Assembly (NCBI GenBank): GCA_905236865.1 | Contig: CAJOQX010000173.1 | Span: 1-53,337, forward strand | DNA from: Candidatus Rifleibacteriota bacterium | Lineage (GTDB): Bacteria; Muiribacteriota; Ozemobacteria; Ozemobacterales; Ozemobacteraceae | DNA: 53,337 bases | Reading direction: 5' to 3' | Part shown: in pieces, positions 15,795-24,287 of the stretch | Numbering within the stretch: position 1 is the first letter of the stretch | Layout of the letters: every line of letters starts with the position of its first letter | Made by a program: the position numbers and the translations under genes | Notes under the pieces: model-generated | What the model was told of the DNA's origin: nothing | The model's database searches: none | Seen by the model: the letters and a program-made list of their open reading frames with translations, nothing else

Positions 15795-17087
15795 ATGGAT
15801 GATGGTATTGCTGGTTTATTATTTATAATTTTCGTATTATTTTCTGCGTTGTTTTCTTCTCTTGATACAGCTCTTTTTTCTATATCCCCTCTTAAATTAA
15901 AAAAGCTAGAAGGGGAAGGTGACAGGAAAGCTACGGCTATTCTGAAAATTTTATCGGACAGACAGCGTGCTTTAATAACACTTCTTATTGGAAATACTCT
16001 TTGTAATGTTGCTGCTACTTCTATAGCAATTGGTTTTTTAAGGAAGTATCTTAGTTTAGAGCATGGATATGATATTTTAGCAGGCATATTTATTATAACC
16101 TTTATTTTGGTTCTTTTTGGTGAACTTATTCCTAAAACAGTCGCAATATATGGGGGTTATACATTTGTTCGACTAACTTACCGTATCGTTTCAGTAATAA
16201 TGTTTGTTTCTTATCCTGTTGTTGGAATTGTTGTTTGGCTTATTAAGAAGCTTGTACCTAAGTATTCTGATTGGAATGACCACATCGGAGGTTCATCTAG
16301 TATAGAAGAAATAGATAATTATTTTGATTTGGGTGAAGAAGTTGGAATTATAGAAGAAGACGAAAAAGATATGATAAGCTCTGTTTTTGAATTTGGAGAT
16401 ACTATAGTTAGAGAAGTAATGGTTCCAAGACCTGATATTACAGGTATTCCGATTAATGCAAGTTTTAAAGAAATGCTTCATTCAATAAGAGCTGATGGTC
16501 ATTCTAGATTTCCTGTTTATGATGGAAGCATAGATAAAGTCGTTGGTATTTTGTATGTAAAAGACATTTTAATCAAATTGGAAGAAATAGAAAAATCTTA
16601 CGATTTGTTTAATCTTTTGCGAGCACCTTTTTTTGTGCCTGAAACAAAAAAATTAGATGATTTGCTTGCAGAGTTTAAAAAGAGAAAACAGCATATAGCT
16701 GTGGTAATAGATGAATATGGCGGAGTTTCAGGTTTGGTTACCATAGAAGACCTACTAGAGGAAATAGTAGGAGAAATTGATGATGAATATGATGTTGATG
16801 AGTTACAACCTTTAGTAAAATTAGATGAAAATGTTTATAGCATAGATGCAAGATTTGGAATAAGCGAATTAGAAAGTGAATTAGGTTGTGATTTTAATTG
16901 TGAAGATTCTGATTCTTTAGGTGGTTTCGTTTTTGAAAAACTTGGTCGTATTCCTCAAAAAGGCGAGTCATTTGAAGTTCCTCAAGGTGTATTCCAAGTT
17001 ATAGAACAAAAAGGAAATAGAATTTTAAGAGTTAAATTTACAATGAACAAAGAATTTTCTAATAATAAATCAGAAAATGAAGATTGA
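15795..17087 (+). CDS. DUF21/CNNM-CBS-CorC_HlyC family membrane protein (hemolysin-like / Mg-Co efflux family)
   Basis: Four N-terminal TM segments, a CBS pair (VREVMVPRPDI..., HIAVVIDEYGGVSGLVTIEDLLEEIVGEIDDE) and a C-terminal CorC_HlyC-like domain. Confidence 0.88.
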   Translation: MDDGIAGLLFIIFVLFSALFSSLDTALFSISPLKLKKLEGEGDRKATAILKILSDRQRALITLLIGNTLCNVAATSIAIGFLRKYLSLEHGYDILAGIFIITFILVLFGELIPKTVAIYGGYTFVRLTYRIVSVIMFVSYPVVGIVVWLIKKLVPKYSDWNDHIGGSSSIEEIDNYFDLGEEVGIIEEDEKDMISSVFEFGDTIVREVMVPRPDITGIPINASFKEMLHSIRADGHSRFPVYDGSIDKVVGILYVKDILIKLEEIEKSYDLFNLLRAPFFVPETKKLDDLLAEFKKRKQHIAVVIDEYGGVSGLVTIEDLLEEIVGEIDDEYDVDELQPLVKLDENVYSIDARFGISELESELGCDFNCEDSDSLGGFVFEKLGRIPQKGESFEVPQGVFQVIEQKGNRILRVKFTMNKEFSNNKSENED

Positions 17088-17120
17088 TTGTTTGTTTCAT
17101 ATTTGATAACCTAATTTAAT

Positions 17121-17867
17121 ATGATAAAGCACGAACGACTAAATAATTCTTTAAAACATCTATCTGAAAAACTCATAAAAGTTTGGGGATATATTCGTAA
17201 TAACTTAATTACTGGTGTTCTTGCTTTAGTTCCTGTAGCTGTAACTATCTACATAATTTATTTTATTTTTCAGTTTGCAGATAGTTTTCTCGGAAGTGCC
17301 ATAGGAGAATCTTTGGGTTATAATATCCCAGGGATGGGTATTTTTCTTACTGCTTTATTTTGTCTGTTGATTGGTGTTATTGTTAATACTGTTGTAGGAA
17401 AAAGACTTATAACTTGGATAGATAATTCCCTTAATCAGATTCCTATAGTAAAATCTGTTTATAGTGGTATCAAGCAAGTTGCTGATGTTTTTGTAAAAAA
17501 CAATAAAAGCAATTTTAAACGTGTTGTAATGCTAGAATATCCTAAAGAAAATTCATGGGTTATTGGCTTTGTAACTTCAGATTTTACTGTTAAAATAGAT
17601 GGAGATATTCCAGAAAAAGAAAATATGGTAACAATATTTGTACCAACTACGCCTAACCCAACATCGGGTTTTCTGCTTATATTGCCGAAAAGTAAAATTA
17701 TTGATATGAATATCGATATTGAAGATGCTATGAAAATTATTATATCGGCTGGTTTGGTCCAACCACCAGGAAATAACTCATTACTATCATTGCCTAGTGG
17801 TGATAAGAATTTATTAGAAAATAAATCTGAAGAAATAGTTAATCTGGATGCAGAGACTACTACTTAA
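17121..17867 (+). CDS. DUF502-family membrane protein
   Basis: Two TM segments followed by the GKRLITWIDNSLNQIPIVKSVYSGIKQV pattern typical of DUF502. Confidence 0.75.
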   Translation: MIKHERLNNSLKHLSEKLIKVWGYIRNNLITGVLALVPVAVTIYIIYFIFQFADSFLGSAIGESLGYNIPGMGIFLTALFCLLIGVIVNTVVGKRLITWIDNSLNQIPIVKSVYSGIKQVADVFVKNNKSNFKRVVMLEYPKENSWVIGFVTSDFTVKIDGDIPEKENMVTIFVPTTPNPTSGFLLILPKSKIIDMNIDIEDAMKIIISAGLVQPPGNNSLLSLPSGDKNLLENKSEEIVNLDAETTT

Positions 17868-17910
17868 ATGATGATAGGAACAGTTAGTTTATTCGGAGGC
17901 ATATATTTTT

Positions 17911-19782
17911 ATGAAAAATAGGTTCTATATTGTTCTTCTAATTTTCTTTATCCAGACTGTAGCTTTGCCTAGTTTTGCCGATTTAGAAGAGCTTAGCGGT
18001 TATTTTGAAATAAGAGATACTATAAAACTTATGAATGAAGAAATTCAGAGAGGTATGGAAAATCAAAATTCCTCGTCTCTTTTTGATGAAGAAGATATAG
18101 AATATAAACTTCAGTCTTTTATTGGTTTTATGAAAAACCGTATTGATGTTTACGCAGTTTCTGATAGTAGATTGAAATTACATTACGTAAAGAAACTGAA
18201 TGAACTATTAGAAGAAACATCAAGATTATTTCTTGAAGCAAAACCTATAATTTTTGCAAAGCATGAGAACAAGTTAAATAAAAAAGAAGAAACATTACCT
18301 CCAGTGTCTTATTCTACTATTGAACACCCCTATTTTAATCCTATTGATTTCAGAGCTTTAGCTAGTCGTGAACCTTTAGATGTTGATTATTCGAATATTA
18401 AACCTCTACCAGCAGAAAACGATGATGATTCTGATATGATAGCAAATATTCAAACTCTTGTTAGCAACTCTAATAAAGAAAGAAAAGTAAAAGAAGACGA
18501 AAAACAAAAACAGAAAGAATCTATCATAAAAATTGATACAGTTTTAGATAAAAAAGTAGAACCTCAAAATAAAGAAAACAAAAGTGAAGTTAAGCCTATT
18601 GTGGCAAGGGTTTCTATCGATGATTTAGCGAAAGAAAAAGCGAAACAGAAGATTGGTGAATCCAAAAAGTCAAATGATGAAAAGATTGCATCCGCCTCTA
18701 TTCTTAACGAAAAGTCTTTAAATAAAATTGTTGAATCAAAACCAGCTTCAATCGGAAATAAAAAAACAGATATTATCAGTGTTCCTGAAACTTCTACGGT
18801 ATCAACTGTTTCAGATAATACAACAAAAGAAAAAACTGTTTCTCCTACTGGTGATTATATGAGACCTATGGCAATTATGGTTGAAAATCATAATCAGGCT
18901 AGACCACAAAGCGGTCTTTATAAAGCAGATGTTGTTTATGAAATACCTGTTGAAGGTGGTATTACAAGATTTATGGCTTTGTTTACTAAAATGCCAGGTT
19001 TGATAGGCCCTGTTAGAAGTTGTCGGGAATATTTTGTTGATAGAGCTTTAGAAGTTGATGCTCTTTATGTTCATTGTGGTGGTAGTCCAATGGGATACGC
19101 TTATATCTCAAAGTCTAAAATTAGAAGTATTGATGAAATCAAAAACTCTCCTCCTTTTTTTAGAGATAAATTAAGAAAAGCTCCTCACAATCTATATGGT
19201 AATGGTGAAGCTATTTATAGATATATGTCAAAAAGAGTTGATATGAGAGTGAAAGAACAGGCTATTCCTTTAAGTTACGGTATAAGAAATGAATTGGGTA
19301 CAGAGCCTGGTGATTATATAAATATTAGGTATCATGGAAATTATACTTTGGTTATAAAGGAAGAAAACGGTGTTTATCATCGTTATATGAACAATATTCT
19401 CCATTTAGACAGAGAAACCAAGAAGCCTTTAGAAGCTAGCGCTGTTGTATTACAAGTTGCAGCAATGAAAGTTGTAGATGCTGTAGGTAGACAAGAAATA
19501 AGCTTTATTGGTAGCGGTAAGGCTTGGATATTTGAAAAAGGTAAAAGAACAGAAGTTACTTGGCATAAAGATTCTCCGAGAACAAAAACTACTTATATAG
19601 ATGAAAATGGTAAAGAATATTTGTTTGGGAACAATGGTCAGGTTTGGATTCAAGTTGTTTCTCCAAATCATAAGGTAATTTTTGAAGAAGAAAGTGAAAA
19701 AATAAAAGAAGTTAAAAGTCCTAAAAAAATGTCAACAGAATTAAAAAATAAATCAAAAGAGGCTAACAAGGCTGACTTATGA
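17911..19782 (+). CDS. DUF3048 (YerB-like) domain protein with a long Lys/Glu-rich N-terminal extension and signal peptide
   Basis: Signal-like N-terminus is FYIVLLIFFIQTVALPSFA. The C-terminal half, RPMAIMVENHNQARPQSGLYKADVVYEIPVEGGITRFMALF, matches the DUF3048 N-terminal motif. Confidence 0.75.
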   Translation: MKNRFYIVLLIFFIQTVALPSFADLEELSGYFEIRDTIKLMNEEIQRGMENQNSSSLFDEEDIEYKLQSFIGFMKNRIDVYAVSDSRLKLHYVKKLNELLEETSRLFLEAKPIIFAKHENKLNKKEETLPPVSYSTIEHPYFNPIDFRALASREPLDVDYSNIKPLPAENDDDSDMIANIQTLVSNSNKERKVKEDEKQKQKESIIKIDTVLDKKVEPQNKENKSEVKPIVARVSIDDLAKEKAKQKIGESKKSNDEKIASASILNEKSLNKIVESKPASIGNKKTDIISVPETSTVSTVSDNTTKEKTVSPTGDYMRPMAIMVENHNQARPQSGLYKADVVYEIPVEGGITRFMALFTKMPGLIGPVRSCREYFVDRALEVDALYVHCGGSPMGYAYISKSKIRSIDEIKNSPPFFRDKLRKAPHNLYGNGEAIYRYMSKRVDMRVKEQAIPLSYGIRNELGTEPGDYINIRYHGNYTLVIKEENGVYHRYMNNILHLDRETKKPLEASAVVLQVAAMKVVDAVGRQEISFIGSGKAWIFEKGKRTEVTWHKDSPRTKTTYIDENGKEYLFGNNGQVWIQVVSPNHKVIFEEESEKIKEVKSPKKMSTELKNKSKEANKADL

Positions 19783-20669
19783 CAACTAGATTTGGTGCTG
19801 TAGGAGTATTTGGACGGGCAAATGCTGGAAAATCTACATTAGTTAACGCTCTTGTCGGAGAAGTTGTTTCTATTGTTTCAAATAGACCTCAGACGACAAG
19901 AAAACGTATTCTAGGTATTTTAACCGTAAACGAAACACAGCTTGTTTTTTGCGATACTCCTGGTCTTCATTCGATTAAAAATAAGCTAGATGCTTATATG
20001 AATGATGAAATAATGTCAACTATGAAAGGTTTGCAAGCTGGGCTATATCTTGTAGACCTTTCCGATGTTAAACTAGACTTGGATAGTGAATATTTAAGCC
20101 AATTAGAACCTTCACCAGAAATGCCACTATTCCTTGTTTTTAACAAGAGCGATTTGGTAGATGAAGAAAAGATAGAAACAGTAAAAAAGACTTATGAAAA
20201 AGTCTATCCCTTCAAAAAAATATTTGTTATTTCAGCATCTAAAAAAAAGGGGTTAAAGCAAGTATTAAATGCTTTATGTAGAGCTGTTCCAAAAGGACCT
20301 CATGCTTATGAAGCAGATGACTACACTAATCAAACTGAACGTGAAATAGTTGAAGAAACTATAAGAGAAGGTGTTCTTAGGCTTTATAACCAAGAAGTTC
20401 CTCATTCTGTAGCTGTTCAGGTCGAGGAGTTTTCCGAAAGAGAAAATGGAAAAACTTATATAGAAGCTACTTTAAATGTCGAACGAGAGAGTCACAAAAA
20501 GATAATTATAGGAAAAGATGGTTCGGGTATAAAAAAAATTGGTAGAATTGCACGTGAAAAGTTGAATACAAAGTTAGGACGTGATATTTTTTTACAGTTA
20601 TGGGTAAAAGTTCGTCCTGATTGGAGACATAACGATCTTTGGATTCAGCGATTAGGCTATAAAAAGTAA
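19779..20669 (+). CDS. era: GTPase Era
   Basis: GRANAGKSTLVNALVG (G1), DTPG (G3), NKSD (G4) and a C-terminal KH domain (IIGKDGSGIKKIG). ATGA overlap with the upstream gene. Confidence 0.95.
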   Translation: MTTRFGAVGVFGRANAGKSTLVNALVGEVVSIVSNRPQTTRKRILGILTVNETQLVFCDTPGLHSIKNKLDAYMNDEIMSTMKGLQAGLYLVDLSDVKLDLDSEYLSQLEPSPEMPLFLVFNKSDLVDEEKIETVKKTYEKVYPFKKIFVISASKKKGLKQVLNALCRAVPKGPHAYEADDYTNQTEREIVEETIREGVLRLYNQEVPHSVAVQVEEFSERENGKTYIEATLNVERESHKKIIIGKDGSGIKKIGRIAREKLNTKLGRDIFLQLWVKVRPDWRHNDLWIQRLGYKK

Positions 20670-20682
20670 AGGTAATTAGAAA

Positions 20683-22572
20683 ATGGACTATATTGTTCTT
20701 GTCATTGGAGTGATTGTTTTATTTGTTTTAATCTTTAATTCTTTTATATCAGAGGATAATAACAGTGATTATGCTTATTTGTCTGAGGAAGAAGAGAATG
20801 ATGATGATAAAGAAACAGAAGAAACAGAAGAAACAGAAGATAAAAAAGAGATAGATAACGTAGCAGTAAAAGATAAGCCAGATTTAAAGCTTGTAAAAGT
20901 TGAACAGTCTGTCGGAACTGATGTTAGAGAAGAAGAAACAGATACAGAATCAAAAACTGAACCTGTTATGACAACTCCTAGCGAAGTAGAAAAAAAAGAT
21001 AAAATAGAATCTAACGTTACTATTGTTTCAAAACCACAATCCGAAAAAGGTTATTCTGAAAAACCTAAAAATAATGTAGTAGTTTTGGACAATAGAAATG
21101 CTGCTGCAAAAAGCAATATTGAAGAGGAAAAACAGGTTAGCAGTAAGCAAGCGGAAGTTACAAGAATACAAATATTAAATAAATCATCAGATCCAAATCC
21201 TTCTTTGCTTGAAGTCGGTAGCGAAGAAGATTTAAGATTACGTTTAGAATTAAAAAAAGGTATAGCAAAACCTGTTTCGCAAGAAAAAACAAAAGCTGTT
21301 GCTGTAGTTGTGCAACTTCGTTTCCCTGATGATGTTATAAGATATTCTAATGACTTTGTTGATATACTTACTTCTGCTGAAAAAGTATTTGAAAAACCTT
21401 TTTCTTTCCCATTTAATACTTATCAAACTACTCAGTTTAACCGTATTTGGATATTTGAACCTACTGAAGATAGAGATATAATTATTGAAGCTTTGATAGA
21501 TGCTTTTGAGCTTACCGTAAGGTTTAGAAAATTACTAGAAAATACTGAGTTATTAAGAGAAAATAAAGTAAAAATTGCTATTGGAGTTTCTATGGGTGAA
21601 ATAACTTTCGTCAATAGAGGCGTAAGTTGCGAGCCGAGCTTGATAGGCAAACCTGTATATCTAGCAGAAACACTAGCTGATATTGTTAATGATTTTGGAA
21701 TTTATGTAGATTCTATAATTCGAACTTCTACTATTCCTATTTTTGATTTTAAGGAATGGCGTCCAACTGTTGTTAGAAGCAACTTACCTGCTATTCCTCT
21801 TTATGAATTGGTTGGTTGGAATAAGCCTTCAGAAATAGCTTCTTATGTTAAAAACGAAGATCCTGTTATAAGAAAGGCTGTTGCTATTGCATACAGGTAT
21901 CTTGAACTTGAAGATTTACATCCGTTAGTTGAGCTATTAAGAGACAGAGATAGAGGAGTTGTAAATAGCGCTATTCGCACTGTTTGCTATATTGGCAACG
22001 ATAAAATGAATGGTGCTTTAAAACTTTTGATGCCCGAAGCAGTTGATCCTGATTTAAAAAGCAAAATAATAGAATGTTTTGGAAATGCTGGTAATTCCAG
22101 TGTTTTACCTGTAGTTCTTGCTTCTACAAGAGAAAATAGCTGGAAAGTTAGACTTGCGGCAACTAAGGCTTTATACCAACTTGGAGGTGGAAACGCTTTA
22201 GAACATTTAGAACCGATGCTAAAAGATGAAGATAGTATCGTAAGAATTGTTGCTAATAGTATTTTCTATAATGAAACAAATAAACTAGAGTATTTTAATG
22301 TTTTAATCAATGGTTTAAGAGATGTTAGCAAAAGATCTAGAGCCACTGCTATAGAATGTCTTTTGGCTATAGGTTCTGACGAAGCTCTAAAGGAAGTTAC
22401 GAGTGCTTTTAGTAATCAAGAAATTGACTTGCAAAAACATATTTTAACTAAAATGATTAACAATAAAAGTAAAATCCTTTATCAATGTTTATTGACCATA
22501 TTTAAAAAATCAAGCGAAGCTTTACGTCCATATATTGTTGAAGTTATTCGTCAAGCAGGAATAGTGAGCTGA
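20683..22572 (+). CDS. membrane-anchored protein with acidic linker, degenerate nucleotidyl-cyclase-like middle region and C-terminal HEAT/PBS-lyase-type repeats
   Basis: N-terminal TM segment (IVLVIGVIVLFVLIF) and an EEEENDDDKETEETEETED linker. Residues ~204-375 align by eye to the class III cyclase fold without its catalytic residues. Residues ~385-629 show repeated (D/E)xxVRxxA helix pairs. Confidence 0.6.
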   Translation: MDYIVLVIGVIVLFVLIFNSFISEDNNSDYAYLSEEEENDDDKETEETEETEDKKEIDNVAVKDKPDLKLVKVEQSVGTDVREEETDTESKTEPVMTTPSEVEKKDKIESNVTIVSKPQSEKGYSEKPKNNVVVLDNRNAAAKSNIEEEKQVSSKQAEVTRIQILNKSSDPNPSLLEVGSEEDLRLRLELKKGIAKPVSQEKTKAVAVVVQLRFPDDVIRYSNDFVDILTSAEKVFEKPFSFPFNTYQTTQFNRIWIFEPTEDRDIIIEALIDAFELTVRFRKLLENTELLRENKVKIAIGVSMGEITFVNRGVSCEPSLIGKPVYLAETLADIVNDFGIYVDSIIRTSTIPIFDFKEWRPTVVRSNLPAIPLYELVGWNKPSEIASYVKNEDPVIRKAVAIAYRYLELEDLHPLVELLRDRDRGVVNSAIRTVCYIGNDKMNGALKLLMPEAVDPDLKSKIIECFGNAGNSSVLPVVLASTRENSWKVRLAATKALYQLGGGNALEHLEPMLKDEDSIVRIVANSIFYNETNKLEYFNVLINGLRDVSKRSRATAIECLLAIGSDEALKEVTSAFSNQEIDLQKHILTKMINNKSKILYQCLLTIFKKSSEALRPYIVEVIRQAGIVS

Positions 22573-22574
22573 TT

Positions 22575-24032
22575 ATGTCTTTAAATATATCAATTGTTGA
22601 TGATGAAGAAATGGTTCAATGGACTTTGAAAGAAGCCATGGAATCTGAAGGATATAATGTTCAGACTTTTGAAAAAGGCAAAGATTTTCTTGAGTATTAT
22701 AAAGAAAAGGGTTCAGATGTAGTTTTTTTAGATGTAAGATTGCCTGATTGTAATGGATTAGACCTTCTTTCTGAAATAATTAATATTGATGCTGAAAGCA
22801 TAGTTGTTATTATGACAGCTCATGGTGATGTAGATACAGCAGTAACTGCTATGAAAAAGGGAGCTTATGACTATTTAACCAAGCCTTATTCTATTGAAGA
22901 AGTAAATTTGCTAATAAAGAAAATTATCCAGACTAATTTGGTTAAAAGTCAGTTACAACATTATCAAGAAAGAGTAGATTCGCATTTCTCTCAAATACTA
23001 GGAGAAAATTATGTAATAAAACTGCTTCGAGAACATATTGCTATGGCTGCGAAATCTGACCATACAACCGTTTTGATACGTGGTGAATCAGGAACAGGTA
23101 AGGAACTTGTTGCAAGACAGATTCATTTGCAAAGTTCAAGATTTAATAAGCCTTTTATTGATATTAATGCTGCGGCAGTTGGCGGAACTCTTTTGGAATC
23201 GGAACTATTTGGTCATGAAAAAGGTGCTTTTACAGATGCACAAAAACAGAAAAAGGGCTTGTTTGAACTTGCCAATGGAGGAACTCTTTTTCTCGATGAG
23301 ATAGGAGATTTAGACGCTTCTTTACAGGTTAAGCTTTTACGTGTTCTTCAAGAAAGAAAGTTTAGAAGAGTTGGTGGAACAACAGATATTCACGTTGATG
23401 TAAGAATTATTTCTGCAACTAATGCTAATCTTGAAGAGAAAATGAAAGAGGGGGTTCTGAGAAAAGATTTGTTTTACAGATTGAATGTTTTCACAATTAA
23501 TTTACCTCCTTTAAGAGAAAGAAAAGATGATATTGTTTTGTTGGCAAAGAGTTTCTTAGATGAGTATAGAAAAGAGTTTTCTAAAGAGAAAATTATTGGC
23601 TTTTCAGAAGAAGCTTTAGAGCTTATGCAAAACTATGATTTTCCTGGAAATGTTAGAGAATTACGAAATATTATAGAAAGGGCAGTGTTGATTGAAACTT
23701 CTAATTTAATCAGACCTGTCAGTTTACCAGATGAACTTAGAAAAGGCGATAATATGATTGAGTTTATAGAAGATAGACAAAATGATTTTGCTTCTGATAC
23801 TAAAGAAAACAAATCTGATAAAATAACATCTTTGCCTGATTTGGAAAATGAAAAACCTTGGCTAAAAGCTGGTTTCAACTTAAAAGATTATATGGATTCT
23901 TTTGAAAAGAAAATAATCAAAGAAGTCTTGGAAGAAAATAATGGTAAGAAGCTAAAAACAGCAGAAACACTAGGTTTAACTCGCTTTGCATTGAGGCATC
24001 TTTTAAAAAAGCACGGAATGGACGCAGATTAA
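22575..24032 (+). CDS. sigma-54-dependent response regulator (REC-AAA+-Fis HTH, NtrC family)
   Basis: REC domain with DD...D53 (FLDVRLPD)...T...K. AAA+ domain with GESGTGKE Walker A, GAFTDA (variant of GAFTGA) and GGTLFLDEIGDL Walker B. C-terminal helix-turn-helix (KLKTAETLGLTRFALRHLLKKHG). Confidence 0.9.
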   Translation: MSLNISIVDDEEMVQWTLKEAMESEGYNVQTFEKGKDFLEYYKEKGSDVVFLDVRLPDCNGLDLLSEIINIDAESIVVIMTAHGDVDTAVTAMKKGAYDYLTKPYSIEEVNLLIKKIIQTNLVKSQLQHYQERVDSHFSQILGENYVIKLLREHIAMAAKSDHTTVLIRGESGTGKELVARQIHLQSSRFNKPFIDINAAAVGGTLLESELFGHEKGAFTDAQKQKKGLFELANGGTLFLDEIGDLDASLQVKLLRVLQERKFRRVGGTTDIHVDVRIISATNANLEEKMKEGVLRKDLFYRLNVFTINLPPLRERKDDIVLLAKSFLDEYRKEFSKEKIIGFSEEALELMQNYDFPGNVRELRNIIERAVLIETSNLIRPVSLPDELRKGDNMIEFIEDRQNDFASDTKENKSDKITSLPDLENEKPWLKAGFNLKDYMDSFEKKIIKEVLEENNGKKLKTAETLGLTRFALRHLLKKHGMDAD

Positions 24033-24098
24033 ACGGTCTTGTAAGTTTTTTCAAATAGTGGTAAACTACTTTGACTATATCCTTTTTAGGAGAAATAT

Positions 24099-24287
24099 AT
24101 GGCTAAAGTTGATGCAAAAATGACTATATCTGAAGTATTAAAAAATAATCCAGAAGCTGCTGAAATATTGCACGAATTTGGAATGCACTGTCTTGGTTGT
24201 GCTATAGCTGCAGGTGAATCAATTGAAGAAGCTGCTGAAGCTCACGGAATTAAATTAGAAGATTTATTGACAGCTCTTAATAAATAA
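24099..24287 (+). CDS. DUF1858 / hybrid-cluster-protein-associated redox disulfide domain protein
   Basis: 62 aa: MTISEVLKNNPEAAEILHEFGMHCLGCAIAAGESIEEAAEAHG. The CxxC and surrounding pattern are typical of DUF1858. AGGAG SD is present. Confidence 0.8.
   Translation: MAKVDAKMTISEVLKNNPEAAEILHEFGMHCLGCAIAAGESIEEAAEAHGIKLEDLLTALNK

Noticed and set aside
24059-24075. tggtaaactactttgac downstream of the NtrC-like gene, considered as a sigma-54 -24/-12 promoter for DUF1858-dxs.
   Set aside because: The GG is present, but the -12 GC is missing or shifted (TTTGA instead of TTGC at the required spacing), so it is not a convincing match.
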